Below are positions 27,219 through 37,482 of a stretch of 64,000 nt of DNA, piece by piece; the first letter of the stretch is position 1, and each line of letters opens with the position of its first letter. Origin of the DNA: Burkholderiales bacterium. Its GTDB lineage: Bacteria; Pseudomonadota; Gammaproteobacteria; Burkholderiales; Ga0077523. Made by a program: the position numbers and the translations under genes. Where the stretch lies: the NCBI GenBank assembly GCA_965279325.1, contig OZ257154.1, forward strand, positions 5,128,988 through 5,192,987. The letters run 5' to 3'. Below the pieces are notes generated by a model. That model saw only the letters and a list, made by a program, of their open reading frames with translations, searched no databases and was not told where the DNA came from.

Positions 27219-28178
27219 ATGGAGCCCCATGCGACGAACCTCGAAGCTGCGTGGAACGTCCGAACTCGACGCCAACCGGCGCGCGGGGCCGGGAAGCCAT
27301 TGGCAGCCGTCGCCGTGCTGCACTGTCTTCTGTGGCTGGGTTGCACGCCCGCGTCCGCGGACTGGGGTTGGGACGCCACCGCCGGAGTCGCTCACGACGA
27401 CAACCTGACCAACGCTTTCCTGTCCGATGACCGGAAGGGCGATACGGCGGCGACGGCAGCGCTGTCGGCGGGACTCCACGAACAGCTTGGCAGCAGCACC
27501 GGGCTCAGTGTGGGACTGGTGGCCAGCGGCGCGCAGTACGCCCACTACGAAGGCCTCGACAACGTCGGGCTCGGCGCGCGGGCGCAACTGCGAAGGAAAT
27601 TCGGGCTGGGTGCCGAGGCCCCATGGGTCTCCGTCGCGGCCCGCGCGGTGCATCGCGACTATCGCGACGATCTGCGCGACGGCTGGGACTACGACGCTGC
27701 CATCACCGCTGGCAAGCAGATTTCGGAGCGGTGGTCGGTACGCGCCAGCCTTCGTTACGACGCGTACGTGGCCGACCAGGTCAGTCCGAGGAGCGTTCGC
27801 GGCCTGTCCTCCGCGGCCTACGACATCGACGGCTGGACCGTGGGTGCGCAGGCTGCCTATCGCCTGACCGAGGCCGACGTCCTGTCCGGTTCGCTCTCAT
27901 TGCGCGACGGGTCGGTCACCGCCGTGACCCCGCCGAACTTCGGAGTGCTGGAGTATTCCGACGCGGCGGTCGTGGACGGTACGTTCAGCGATTCCACGCG
28001 CAGGATCGCCTACCGCGTGGACGCCGGCACGACCGTGGCCACGCTCACGTGGAGTCATGCGCTCGGTCGCAGCGCATCGTTGAACGTGAGCTACACCTAT
28101 CGATCGAGCCGGGCGGCGCACGGACTGGGAACCTACGTGTCCAACATCGTCGGCATCACGCTGGGCTACAGCTACTGA
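27219..28178 (+). CDS. Putative outer-membrane beta-barrel protein
   Basis: Signal region ending ASA-D; HDDN motif; alternating strands; C-terminal GITLGYSY; start uncertain. Confidence 0.65.
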   Translation: MEPHATNLEAAWNVRTRRQPARGAGKPLAAVAVLHCLLWLGCTPASADWGWDATAGVAHDDNLTNAFLSDDRKGDTAATAALSAGLHEQLGSSTGLSVGLVASGAQYAHYEGLDNVGLGARAQLRRKFGLGAEAPWVSVAARAVHRDYRDDLRDGWDYDAAITAGKQISERWSVRASLRYDAYVADQVSPRSVRGLSSAAYDIDGWTVGAQAAYRLTEADVLSGSLSLRDGSVTAVTPPNFGVLEYSDAAVVDGTFSDSTRRIAYRVDAGTTVATLTWSHALGRSASLNVSYTYRSSRAAHGLGTYVSNIVGITLGYSY

Positions 28179-28837
28179 TGAACGCCACTGCCCGAACCGT
28201 GATCCTGTTGGCGCTGTGCACGGCCGGTCCAGCTGCGCATGGTGCGACGCTGGCCGCGACCGTCACCGGTGGCAACGGCAAGCCGCTGCCCAACGCGGTC
28301 GTGGTGGCGGTGCCCGAAACCGGGGTGCCTCCGCGCGCCGGCGCTCCCCCGGTGGAAGTCGTCGACCAGATCCGCAAGGAATTCACGCCCTACGTGAAGG
28401 CGATCCGCGTGGGCTCGCTGGTGGAGTTTCCGAACAAGGACAACGTGCAGCATCACGTCTATTCCTTCTCCGCCGCGAAGCCGTTCGAGCTGCCGCTGTA
28501 CAAGGGCAAGCCGCCGCAGGCCCTGCTCTTCGACAAGCCCGGCATCGTCCGGCTCGGCTGCAACATCCACGACTGGATGATCGGCTACATCTACGTGGCC
28601 GACTCGCCCTGGTACGGCAAGACGGGAGACAACGGCCGCGTGGAGCTCGACAAGTTGCCTGCGGGGCGCTATCGCGTGCGAGTCTGGCATCCGTGGATGG
28701 ACGGCACGGAGGAGGCGACTGTCACCGAAGTCGAACTCGGCGACGGTCCTGCAGCCACGGTGGCGTGGAAGCTCAAGATCAAACCGGAACTGTCGCCCCG
28801 GCGCGCTCCCGTGCCCGGAGAAGCCGGCTATCGCTGA
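28178..28837 (+). CDS. Exported cupredoxin-like protein ('methylamine utilization protein'-type)
   Basis: FPNKD..HHVYS and GCNIHDWM (type-1 copper ligands); TGATG coupling to the upstream gene. Confidence 0.8.
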   Translation: MNATARTVILLALCTAGPAAHGATLAATVTGGNGKPLPNAVVVAVPETGVPPRAGAPPVEVVDQIRKEFTPYVKAIRVGSLVEFPNKDNVQHHVYSFSAAKPFELPLYKGKPPQALLFDKPGIVRLGCNIHDWMIGYIYVADSPWYGKTGDNGRVELDKLPAGRYRVRVWHPWMDGTEEATVTEVELGDGPAATVAWKLKIKPELSPRRAPVPGEAGYR

Positions 28838-28846
28838 GGCGTCGCG

Positions 28847-30859
28847 CTAACCGGCCTTCGCCCGTTCCCCTGCGAATGCCACGAACCAGTCCAGCGACGC
28901 GGGGTTGGCCATGGAATCGCGATTGGCGGATTTCTCCACCGACTGGCCGAGCAGGATCTTCTTCACCGGCACCTCCATCTTCTTGCCTGAGATGGTGCGA
29001 GGCACCTCGGCGATGACGAAGACATCGTCCGGCACGTGGCGTGCAGACAAGCCGGTACGAATCGCCTGCAGCAGCGCGCGCTTCAGTTCGGGCGGCACCG
29101 CGGCCGCGCCGTCCCGCAGCACCACGAACAGCGCCATGAAGGAGGGGCGTCCGAGATACTCGAGGTCCACCACGAGCGAATCCGCCACCTCCGGGAAACC
29201 TTCCACCACGCGGTACAGCTCGCTCGTGCCCATGCGGATGCCGTAGCGGTTGATGGTGGAATCGGAACGGCCGTAGATCACCGAGGTCACGGATTCCGGA
29301 CGCGGGATCAGCTTGATCCAGTCGCCGTGCCGCCACACCCCGGGCCACACGTCGAAATAGCTTTCGAAATAGCGCCGTCCGTCCGTGTCGCCCCAGAAGT
29401 ACAAGGGCATGGACGGGAACGGTTCTGCGCAGACCAGTTCGCCCACCTGGTCGAGGACCGGCCGGCCGTCGTCGTCGTAGGCGTAGGTCGCGATGCCCAG
29501 CCCGCGGCATTGCATCTCGCCCGCGTAGATCGGCAGGGTCGGGCACGAGCCGACGAACGCAGTGCCGGGATCCGTGCCGCCGGAGATGGAGGCGAGCAAC
29601 AGGTCGTCGTGCACGTTGTCGTAGACCCAGCGATAGCCGTCTTCGGTCAATGGAGAGCCGGTGCATCCGAGCGTGCGGATCGACGTCAGGTCGAAATGCT
29701 CGCGCGGCGAGAAGCCCGCCTTCGTGCACAGGCCGATGAAGGCGGGGCTGATGCCGACGAACGTCGCACGTTCCGCAGCGACGAAACGCCACAGCGTGGC
29801 GAGATCCGGATGGCCGGGGTTGCCGTCGAACTGGAGCACGGTGGCGCCGCGCATGAGCGTGGACACGAGCAGGTTCCACATGATCCAGCTGGTGGAGGAG
29901 AACCAGAAGAAGCGGTCGTCCTCGCCGACGTCCAGTGCCAGTGCGCAGCCCTTGAAATTCTCGATCACCACGCCGCCGTGACCATGCACGATCGGCTTGG
30001 GCATGCCGGTGGTGCCGGAGGAGTAGACGATCCAGAGCGGATGGTCGAAGGGCACGGGTGTGAAGCGCGGGGCGGCAGGTTTCGCCAGCGCCTCCGCCAT
30101 CGTCGTCACCTTCAACTCGCGGCCGGCGTGGTCGAGTTCCAGGCGGGCGTTCGGATCGAGGTACGGCACGAAGACGACCGCTTCGAGCGAGGGCAGTTGC
30201 GCCACGAGTTCGCGCACCACGTCGCGCCGGTCGTAGTCCTTGCCGCCGTAGCGGTAGCCGTCCACGGCGAACAGGACTTTCGGCGCGATCTGGCGGAACC
30301 GGTCGAGCACGCTCACCGGCCCCATGTCCGGCGAGCAGCTGGACCAGACACCGCCCAGGCTTGCCGCCGCCGCCAGGGCCACGACGCTCTCCGGAATGTT
30401 CGGCATGTAGGACGCGACGCGGTCGCCGGGCTTCAGTCCCAGCGCATCCAGCGTCGCGGTGAGCGCGCCCACGCGGGCGGACAGCTCGGTCCATGAGAGT
30501 TCTTCGCGTGGTCTCACCTCGGAGGTGAGGATCAAGGCCGGCCGCGTCGCTGCATCCGGCCGAAGCGCCGCGGCGAGCATGTGCTCCGCGTAGTTGAGCG
30601 TCGCGCCTTCGAACCATTTCGCGCCGGGCATCACGCGGCGATCGAGCACGCGCGTGTAGGGGCTGTGCGACCGGATCTCGAAGAACTGCCAGAGCGATTC
30701 CCAGAAGGCTTCGATCTCGGTGACCGACCAGCGCCAGAGCGATTCGTGGTCGGGAAAATCCAGGCCGCGGTGCGACTTCAGCCAGCGGCGATAGCGGGTG
30801 ATGGCGGCGCGTTCGATGCGCTCGGCGGAAGGGCGCCAGAGCGGCGTGGGATCGGTCAT
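28847..30859 (-). CDS. Acetoacetate--CoA ligase
   Basis: YSSGTTGMPK, WIMWN, SISGGTD, WRHGDW and GKKMEVPVK motifs. Confidence 0.92.
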   Translation of the reverse strand: MTDPTPLWRPSAERIERAAITRYRRWLKSHRGLDFPDHESLWRWSVTEIEAFWESLWQFFEIRSHSPYTRVLDRRVMPGAKWFEGATLNYAEHMLAAALRPDAATRPALILTSEVRPREELSWTELSARVGALTATLDALGLKPGDRVASYMPNIPESVVALAAAASLGGVWSSCSPDMGPVSVLDRFRQIAPKVLFAVDGYRYGGKDYDRRDVVRELVAQLPSLEAVVFVPYLDPNARLELDHAGRELKVTTMAEALAKPAAPRFTPVPFDHPLWIVYSSGTTGMPKPIVHGHGGVVIENFKGCALALDVGEDDRFFWFSSTSWIMWNLLVSTLMRGATVLQFDGNPGHPDLATLWRFVAAERATFVGISPAFIGLCTKAGFSPREHFDLTSIRTLGCTGSPLTEDGYRWVYDNVHDDLLLASISGGTDPGTAFVGSCPTLPIYAGEMQCRGLGIATYAYDDDGRPVLDQVGELVCAEPFPSMPLYFWGDTDGRRYFESYFDVWPGVWRHGDWIKLIPRPESVTSVIYGRSDSTINRYGIRMGTSELYRVVEGFPEVADSLVVDLEYLGRPSFMALFVVLRDGAAAVPPELKRALLQAIRTGLSARHVPDDVFVIAEVPRTISGKKMEVPVKKILLGQSVEKSANRDSMANPASLDWFVAFAGERAKAG

Positions 30860-30970
30860 GGGACGAGCGAGGCGTGGGCGAAAGACCGAAGCGTAGCAAG
30901 CCCCGCGGCGCGCGGGTATCCGGCAAGCGCGCCGTTGACCGCCGCGGGCGTGTCGGCGAACATCCGGACC

Positions 30971-32101
30971 ATGCGCACCGACGTCGTCGTCATCGGGGCC
31001 GGCATCGCCGGTGCTTCCATCGGATATTTTCTGTCTCGCCGGGTGCGTGTCGTCGTGCTCGAGCGCGAAGCGCAGCCGGGGTACCACACGACCGGCCGGT
31101 CGGCCGCGCTGGTCGCGGAGAGCTATGGGACGCCGCAGGTGAGGGCGCTCACGCTGGCGAGCCGTGCGTTCTTCGAAGGTCCACCCGACGGATTCACGGA
31201 GCACCCCATCCTCGGCGATCGCGGCGCGCTGTTCGTCGGCGACGCGAGCCAGCAGTCGGAACTCGACGCGCTGTACGACATCGTGCGGGGGTTCACGGAC
31301 CGCGCGAGGCGCCTGAATGCAATCGAGGCCCGCGCGATGGTGCCGGTGCTGGAGCCCGCGTTCGCGGCGCAGGCGGTACTCGATCCGCTCTCGGCGGACA
31401 TGGACGTGCATGCGTTGCACCAGGGTTTCCTGCGTGGGATTCGCGCGCAGGGCGGCACAGTGATTTGCGATGCGGCTGTCACGGCCATCGAGCGCAGCGG
31501 CGACTCGTGGCGACTGAGCGCCGGCGAGCACGCCATCGAAGCGCCGCTGCTGGTCAACGCGGCCGGTGCCTGGTGCGACGTGGTGGCGCGGCTTGCTGGC
31601 GTTACACCCATCGGTCTCGTGCCGAAGCGGCGCACGGCGTTCACGTTCGCGCCGCCAGAGGGAGTCGACGCATCGAAGTGGCCGGCACTGATCGGCGTCG
31701 ACGAGTCGTTCTACTTCAAGCCCGATGCCGGTTTGTTGCTCGGGTCACCGGCGAATGCGGATCCGGTCGAACCCCATGACGTGCGGCCCGAGGAGGAAGA
31801 CGTGGCCACCGGCATCTGGCGTATCGAACGGGCCACGAGCCTGCGCATCCGCCGTCCCGCATCCACGTGGGCAGGACTGCGCTCGTTCGTCGCTGATGGC
31901 GATCTCGTTGGCGGCTTCGATGCTGCTGCCGAAGGATTCTTCTGGTGTGCCGCACAGGGCGGCTATGGCATCCAGACTTCGCCCGCCATGGGCGAAGCGT
32001 GCGCCGCGCTGGCGCTTGGCAATCCCGTGCCGGAACGCATCGCCGCGTTCGGCGTCACCGAGGCGATGCTGTCGCCCCGTCGGCTCCGGCCTGCGGGCTG
32101 A
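30971..32101 (+). CDS. FAD-dependent oxidoreductase (D-amino acid/D-arginine dehydrogenase-like)
   Basis: GAGIAG, HTTGRSAA, WAGLRSF and QGGYGIQT motifs. Confidence 0.85.
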   Translation: MRTDVVVIGAGIAGASIGYFLSRRVRVVVLEREAQPGYHTTGRSAALVAESYGTPQVRALTLASRAFFEGPPDGFTEHPILGDRGALFVGDASQQSELDALYDIVRGFTDRARRLNAIEARAMVPVLEPAFAAQAVLDPLSADMDVHALHQGFLRGIRAQGGTVICDAAVTAIERSGDSWRLSAGEHAIEAPLLVNAAGAWCDVVARLAGVTPIGLVPKRRTAFTFAPPEGVDASKWPALIGVDESFYFKPDAGLLLGSPANADPVEPHDVRPEEEDVATGIWRIERATSLRIRRPASTWAGLRSFVADGDLVGGFDAAAEGFFWCAAQGGYGIQTSPAMGEACAALALGNPVPERIAAFGVTEAMLSPRRLRPAG

Positions 32102-32113
32102 ACTTCGCCCGGC

Positions 32114-32866
32114 TCAGTATCGCGAACCCTTGCCCAGGTCGAGATACCGGATGCGCAGGTGCTCCACGTAGGCTGCGAGCCAGCTCGTCTGGAGTTCGTC
32201 GAGCACCGGATCGGACATTCCCTCGGCGCGCAGATCCGCCAGGCGCGAGCCGCTGATGCCGGCGGGCAGGCGGGTGCCCAGCTTGAGCCCACCGCGACTG
32301 CCGAAGGCTTCCTGGAGGCGCCCCCCGCGCAAGGCGGCGACGATCTCCGCATCGCTCTTGCCGGCCTTCGACATCTTCCGCACCTGCTCGATGGTGATGA
32401 CGGCGGGTTTGAAGCCCTGGATCCGGAACCAGTCCGGCAGGCCCAGAGGCCGTCCGGGTGGACTGCGCAGGGGCGGCGGAGTTGTCGTAGGCGCGGTGCC
32501 TGAGTCCAGTCCGGCGAGATTCACCTGTTGCGGATAGCACGGGACGCAGCGCCCCATGGATTCGCCCATGGACCAGTAGCGCACCAGCAGGTCGACGTCG
32601 TCCGAAAAGCCCTGCTGGATGTCGTCGAGCACCTCGCGCGGTACACCTGCCGAGGCGAGCTTGCCGAAGTCGGACCCGCGCAGCGCGTAGGTGGTGCGGG
32701 CGGAGCGCATCGCACCGGAGATGCTGCTCGCTGCGTCGCCGTCCTTGCTCATGGACACGACGTCGGCGATGGGCATCGGGTCGGGCATGGCGGCGCAGAC
32801 CGACGCATCGAAAGCCGCGATCAGGAACAGGACGGCGGCATGGCGCAGAGCGGGTCGGGTTTTCAT
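32114..32866 (-). CDS. Hypothetical exported protein with a duplicated helical motif
   Basis: Signal peptide; two V..MSK.G...L...G....VLD..Q units. Confidence 0.65.
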   Translation of the reverse strand: MKTRPALRHAAVLFLIAAFDASVCAAMPDPMPIADVVSMSKDGDAASSISGAMRSARTTYALRGSDFGKLASAGVPREVLDDIQQGFSDDVDLLVRYWSMGESMGRCVPCYPQQVNLAGLDSGTAPTTTPPPLRSPPGRPLGLPDWFRIQGFKPAVITIEQVRKMSKAGKSDAEIVAALRGGRLQEAFGSRGGLKLGTRLPAGISGSRLADLRAEGMSDPVLDELQTSWLAAYVEHLRIRYLDLGKGSRY

Positions 32867-33018
32867 GGATGTATGCTCGAAAAAAAGTGTCGTGCCTGGG
32901 GCCTACGGAACGCTTGGGCCACGGCGCGGCGCAGAGGTTCCACGGCTTGATCCCGATCAAGCCGTGGACCGTCGCCCGGCGGTAGCTTACGCTTCATCCA
33001 CCAGGAGGAGACCATACG

Positions 33019-33924
33019 ATGCCCTTCAAGAGGCTGTTCGAATTCGACATTTCCGTCCCCATGGCAACCGTTGCGGCGTTCGCGCTGGGCCTGTCGGGCG
33101 CCGTTCAGGTGTACGCGCAGGACAGCGCCGCGGCGCCGGGCAGCGTGTTCCGCGACTGTCCGGAATGCCCAGAGATGGTGGTGATTCCCGCAGGACAGTT
33201 CACCATGGGTTCACCGCTGGCCGAGAGCGGGCATCAGGACGAGAAGCCCCAGCATCCCGTGAAGATTGCGAAGCCCTTCGCCGTCTCGAAATACGAACTC
33301 GCGTTCGAGCACTGGGATGCCTGTACCGCCGCCGGGCGCTGCCCCAAGGCCGACGACGACGGCATCGGCCGCGGGCGCTTCCCCGCCATCAACGTGAACT
33401 GGGACGACGCGAAGGCGTATGTCGCGTGGCTATCGGAGCAAACCGGCAAGCGTTATCGCCTGCTGACCGAATCGGAATGGGAGTACGCGGCGCGCGGCGG
33501 GACCACCACGCCCTGGTTCTGGGGCGTGGCCGAAGACAGCTGGGGCTCGCGCATCGCCTGCGAGTATGCGAACACGCACGACGAAACCAGCAAGGAAGCG
33601 CATCCCATGTACGTCTGGTCGAACCACCAGTGCGCGGACGGATTCGCGGAGAACGCGCCGACGGGCAAGTTCAAGCCCAACGCCTTCGGCCTGCACGACG
33701 TGCTGGGCAACGTGCGCGAATGGGTGGAGGACTGCCACGTCGAAGGCTATGCCGGCATGCCGGAGGACGGCTCGGTCCGCAAGGTGGAGACCTGCGAAAA
33801 ACATCTCGTGCGCGGCGGCGGTTGGGTCGACGGGCCGTCCACGTGTCGCTCGGCGTACCGCTACGCCGAGGACGGGAAGATGCGCAACTACCAGATCGGA
33901 TTCCGCGTCGCGCGGGATCTCTAG
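33019..33924 (+). CDS. Formylglycine-generating enzyme (FGE-sulfatase) family protein
   Basis: FRDCPECPEM, RLLTESEWEYAARGG, NAFGLHD..GNV.EW and GFRVAR motifs. Confidence 0.9.
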   Translation: MPFKRLFEFDISVPMATVAAFALGLSGAVQVYAQDSAAAPGSVFRDCPECPEMVVIPAGQFTMGSPLAESGHQDEKPQHPVKIAKPFAVSKYELAFEHWDACTAAGRCPKADDDGIGRGRFPAINVNWDDAKAYVAWLSEQTGKRYRLLTESEWEYAARGGTTTPWFWGVAEDSWGSRIACEYANTHDETSKEAHPMYVWSNHQCADGFAENAPTGKFKPNAFGLHDVLGNVREWVEDCHVEGYAGMPEDGSVRKVETCEKHLVRGGGWVDGPSTCRSAYRYAEDGKMRNYQIGFRVARDL

Positions 33925-33937
33925 ACGGAAGAGGGGA

Positions 33938-34771
33938 TCAGGTTACGTCTGCGGCGGACCTGAGCAAGTCCGCCGCCCATCGGGCGCCTTCGACCCTGCC
34001 CCGGTGACCGGTCAGGCGAAAGATCGCGTGTTCGAAACGCGCCGTATCGCCGCTGGTCACGAACACATGCTCGCCCGTGCGCGAAGTCTGTCGCAGCAGA
34101 CCGTGCTGTGCCAGGACGTTTCCGAGGTGCCGAGCGATGGCCGGCGCGGGATCGATCACCGACACGCCGGGACCGGCGATGCGACGGATCGGCTCGATGA
34201 CGAAGGGATAGTGCGTGCAGGCGAGCACGATCGTGTCGGCGCCCGCGTCGAGGATCGGTTGCAGAAATCCGCCCAGCAGCTGGTCCGTGGCGGGGCCGTC
34301 GAGGTCGCCGGCTTCCACGTGGTCCGCCAGGCCATCGCAGACCTGATTGACGAGGCGCACGCCCGCCGCATGACGGCCGGCCGTTGCCTTGAACAGGCGG
34401 CCCTGGAAGGTGGCGGGAGTGGCCATGATGCCGACGACACCGGTCTTCGTCATCGCCGCGGCGGGTTTCACCGCGGGTTCCATGCCGATGGTAGGTACGT
34501 GCGGCAGCGTGTCGCGCAGATGCTTCAGCGCCGCGGCGGAAGCGGTGTTGCAGGCCACGACGATCGCCTTGCAACCGCGCTCGAGCAGATGGTGCGCGAT
34601 CGCGTCGCTGAAACGCCGGATCTCGAGTTCACCGCGCGGCCCGTAAGGTACATGCTGCTGGTCGGCGAAATAGATCGTGTCCTCGTGCGGCAGCGCGCGC
34701 ACGATCTCGCGCCAGACCGACAGGCCGCCGACGCCGGAGTCGAACACGCCGATGGGGCCGTCAGGATTCAT
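33938..34771 (-). CDS. murI: Glutamate racemase
   Basis: FDSGVGGLSV, ACNTAS and ACTHYP motifs. Confidence 0.95.
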   Translation of the reverse strand: MNPDGPIGVFDSGVGGLSVWREIVRALPHEDTIYFADQQHVPYGPRGELEIRRFSDAIAHHLLERGCKAIVVACNTASAAALKHLRDTLPHVPTIGMEPAVKPAAAMTKTGVVGIMATPATFQGRLFKATAGRHAAGVRLVNQVCDGLADHVEAGDLDGPATDQLLGGFLQPILDAGADTIVLACTHYPFVIEPIRRIAGPGVSVIDPAPAIARHLGNVLAQHGLLRQTSRTGEHVFVTSGDTARFEHAIFRLTGHRGRVEGARWAADLLRSAADVT

Positions 34772-34857
34772 CGGCGTGAGTTTACGGAGCCCTGCGGTAC
34801 GCCGGCAAGCGCGGACGAGCCGGTATGATCCGCGCGTCGCCTCATCGATCCATCGCC

Positions 34858-35628
34858 ATGTGCCAGCTCCTCGGCATGAACTGCAACGTGCCCACCGACA
34901 TCTGCTTCTCCTTCACCGGATTCCAGCAGCGGGGCGGGCGCACCGATCATCACGCGGACGGCTGGGGCATCGCGTTCTTCGAAGGCAACGGCTGCCGCGT
35001 GTTCCTGGATCATGCCTCCGCGGTGGAGTCGCCCATCGCGCAACTGGTGCGCAGCTATCCGATCCGGTCGCTCAACGTCATCGCCCACATCCGCAAGGCC
35101 ACGCACGGCCCCGTGTGCCTCGAGAACACGCATCCCTTCATGCGGGAGCTGTGGGGCCGCTACTGGATCTTCGCGCACAACGGTTCGTTGAAAGCGTTCG
35201 CGCCGCCGCTCTCGGGCTGGTACCGGCCGGTGGGTTCCACTGACAGCGAACTCGCCTTCTGCTCGCTGCTCGAGACGCTGCGCGAGCGATTCGGCGATCG
35301 CGAACCACCGCCGGCGGAGCTGCTGGCCGCGATCCGCGAATGGGCCTCCGCGGTCGCGAAGCACGGTACCTTCAACTTCATGCTGTCCAACGGTGAAGCG
35401 CTGTTCGCCCATTGTTCGGACCGGCTGTCGTACATCGTGCGCCGAGCGCCCTTCACCACGGCGCATCTCGTGGACGAGGACGTGGCGGTCGACTTCAGCG
35501 AAGTCACCACGCCGAACGATCGCGTGGCCGTGATCGCCACGCTGCCGCTCACGGACAACGAGCAATGGACCACGCTCGCGCCCGGCGAACTGGCGGTGTT
35601 CAGGCAGGGCGAGCGGGCGCCGGTCTAG
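34858..35628 (+). CDS. Class II glutamine amidotransferase (YafJ-like)
   Basis: MCQLLGM start; DGWG, AHIRKAT, NTHPF and HNG motifs. Confidence 0.9.
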   Translation: MCQLLGMNCNVPTDICFSFTGFQQRGGRTDHHADGWGIAFFEGNGCRVFLDHASAVESPIAQLVRSYPIRSLNVIAHIRKATHGPVCLENTHPFMRELWGRYWIFAHNGSLKAFAPPLSGWYRPVGSTDSELAFCSLLETLRERFGDREPPPAELLAAIREWASAVAKHGTFNFMLSNGEALFAHCSDRLSYIVRRAPFTTAHLVDEDVAVDFSEVTTPNDRVAVIATLPLTDNEQWTTLAPGELAVFRQGERAPV

Positions 35629-35648
35629 TTCAGGTCTACGCCTCGGGC

Positions 35649-37292
35649 TCAGCAGCGGAACCGCGCCACCGCGCGTTCGAGCTCCGCGGCACAGCCGGAC
35701 AGACGTTCCACTTGGGCGTGCGCTTCGACGCTGCCCGCGCTGTTGGCTTCGGCCATGCGCGCGATGCGCTCGACGCGCCCCGCCACGTCGGTGGCTACGG
35801 CGCTCTGCTCCCGGATCGACGACGCGATGTCGCGCGTCACTTCACCGATGTGGCGCGTGCCGTCCACGATCTGGGTCATGGAGGAGCCGGCGCGGGTCAC
35901 GGCGCTCACGCCGTCCTGCACCATCTGGCTGCCGCTCTGCATCGCGGTGACGGCCTTGACCGTGTCGTCCTGGATCGACGCGATCATGGTGCTGATCTCG
36001 GTGGTCGCATTGCTGGAACGTTCGGCGAGCTTGCGCACTTCGTCCGCCACGACGGCGAAGCCACGGCCCTGTTCGCCGGCACGCGCGGCTTCGATGGCGG
36101 CGTTGAGCGCGAGCAGGTTGGTCTGGTCGGCGATGTCCTTGATCACCTGGACGATGCTGGTGATCTCCTTCGAACGGTTGCCCAGCGATTCGATGCTGCT
36201 GGCCGACTGGGACACGGTCCGGGCGATGCGGTTCATGCCCGCGACCACGTCTTCCACCGTGCCCTGGCCCTGGCCGGCCAGCTCGCCGGCCATGCTCGCC
36301 GTGGTTTCGGCTTCCCGCGTGTTGTCGGCGATCTGCGCGACGCTCACGGTCATTTCCTCCACCGCGGCTGCGGTGCCCGCCGCTTCCTCGCTCTGCTGTT
36401 CCGAGCTCGACTTGATGCGGCCGGTGCAATCGAGCGTGGCGCGCGTGGCCTCGGTCACCTGAGTGAGCTGGTGGCGCACGGCGCGGATGCTCGTCTCGAA
36501 GCTTTCCATGAGGTCGTTGAAGGCGGTCATGACGCGCGCGATCTCGTCGCGGCCGGACACCGGCATGCGGCGCGACAGGTCACCGGTCTGCTGGACCTCG
36601 CCCATGGTCGTCCCGAACGCGCTCAGCGCCTGCATCGGACGGGCGATGCTGCGGGACAGGAACACGAGCAGGCCCCCGAGCACGATCGTGATCGCAACCA
36701 TCCAGAGCCCCACGCGCTTGATGGACTGCATGAAGATCGCGTCCACGTCGTCGATGTAGATGCCGCTGCCCAGCACCCAGCCCCACGGCTCGAACAGCTT
36801 CACGTAGGAGATCTTGCGCACCGGCTCGGATTCGCCGGGCCTGGTCCAGCGGTAGGCGACGAATCCGCCGCCCTGGGCCTTGGCGATCCTGGCGAACTCC
36901 CGATAGGTGTAGATGCCGTCCGGGTCCTTGATGTCGTCCCGCAGCGTGCCGTCCCACTCGGGCTTGATGGGATGCATGATCACTTTCTGGTCCAGATCGT
37001 TGATCCAGAAATACTCCTTGCCGCCGTAGCGGACGCCCTTGATGAGCGCCGCAGCCTGGCGCTGGGCCTCGTCACGCGTCAGCTTGCCGGCCTGGACCTG
37101 GCCGTCGAAGTAGGTGAGCACCCCCATCGTGGCTTCCACCACCTGCTGGGTCTTGACCTTGCGGTCCTCCAGCAGGACATCGCGTTCTTCGCGAAGGGCA
37201 GCGCCGACGGCCACCACGACGCCGATTCCACCGAGGACGATGAGCGCCAAGAGCTTGGCGCGAATGCTGAAATTGTTGAGCAGGTTGGTCAT
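35649..37292 (-). CDS. Methyl-accepting chemotaxis protein (single Cache + HAMP)
   Basis: YFWIND...MHPIKP; [34 protein letters not shown]. Confidence 0.95.
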   Translation of the reverse strand: MTNLLNNFSIRAKLLALIVLGGIGVVVAVGAALREERDVLLEDRKVKTQQVVEATMGVLTYFDGQVQAGKLTRDEAQRQAAALIKGVRYGGKEYFWINDLDQKVIMHPIKPEWDGTLRDDIKDPDGIYTYREFARIAKAQGGGFVAYRWTRPGESEPVRKISYVKLFEPWGWVLGSGIYIDDVDAIFMQSIKRVGLWMVAITIVLGGLLVFLSRSIARPMQALSAFGTTMGEVQQTGDLSRRMPVSGRDEIARVMTAFNDLMESFETSIRAVRHQLTQVTEATRATLDCTGRIKSSSEQQSEEAAGTAAAVEEMTVSVAQIADNTREAETTASMAGELAGQGQGTVEDVVAGMNRIARTVSQSASSIESLGNRSKEITSIVQVIKDIADQTNLLALNAAIEAARAGEQGRGFAVVADEVRKLAERSSNATTEISTMIASIQDDTVKAVTAMQSGSQMVQDGVSAVTRAGSSMTQIVDGTRHIGEVTRDIASSIREQSAVATDVAGRVERIARMAEANSAGSVEAHAQVERLSGCAAELERAVARFRC

Positions 37293-37380
37293 GGCCAGGA
37301 ATCCTCGGCACGGATGGGGAGGTGGGCGCTCGGCCGGGACGGGTGCGTGCCGACACACGTCCGGGCAGGGAACCCCCTGC

Positions 37381-37408
37381 GTTACGGCCATCGGCGCACC
37401 AACTTGAG
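37381..37408 (-). promoter_or_regulatory. sigma28-like promoter of the MCP gene
   Basis: Minus strand CTCAAG-N14-GCCGTAAC. Confidence 0.6.
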
Positions 37409-37482
37409 GCGGAAAGCCCGGAATCCCGGCGCCGCCGGCGGGACGTGCAGGCGCCGCCCGGCTCGGGCGGACGCTGCCTCGC

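Noticed and set aside
28178-28837. Methylamine utilisation pathway
   Set aside because: Family label only; no mauAB/DE/G genes in the window.
37293-37480. c-di-GMP riboswitch upstream of the MCP gene
   Set aside because: No GEMM-type motif found by eye; a sigma28-like promoter explains the region.
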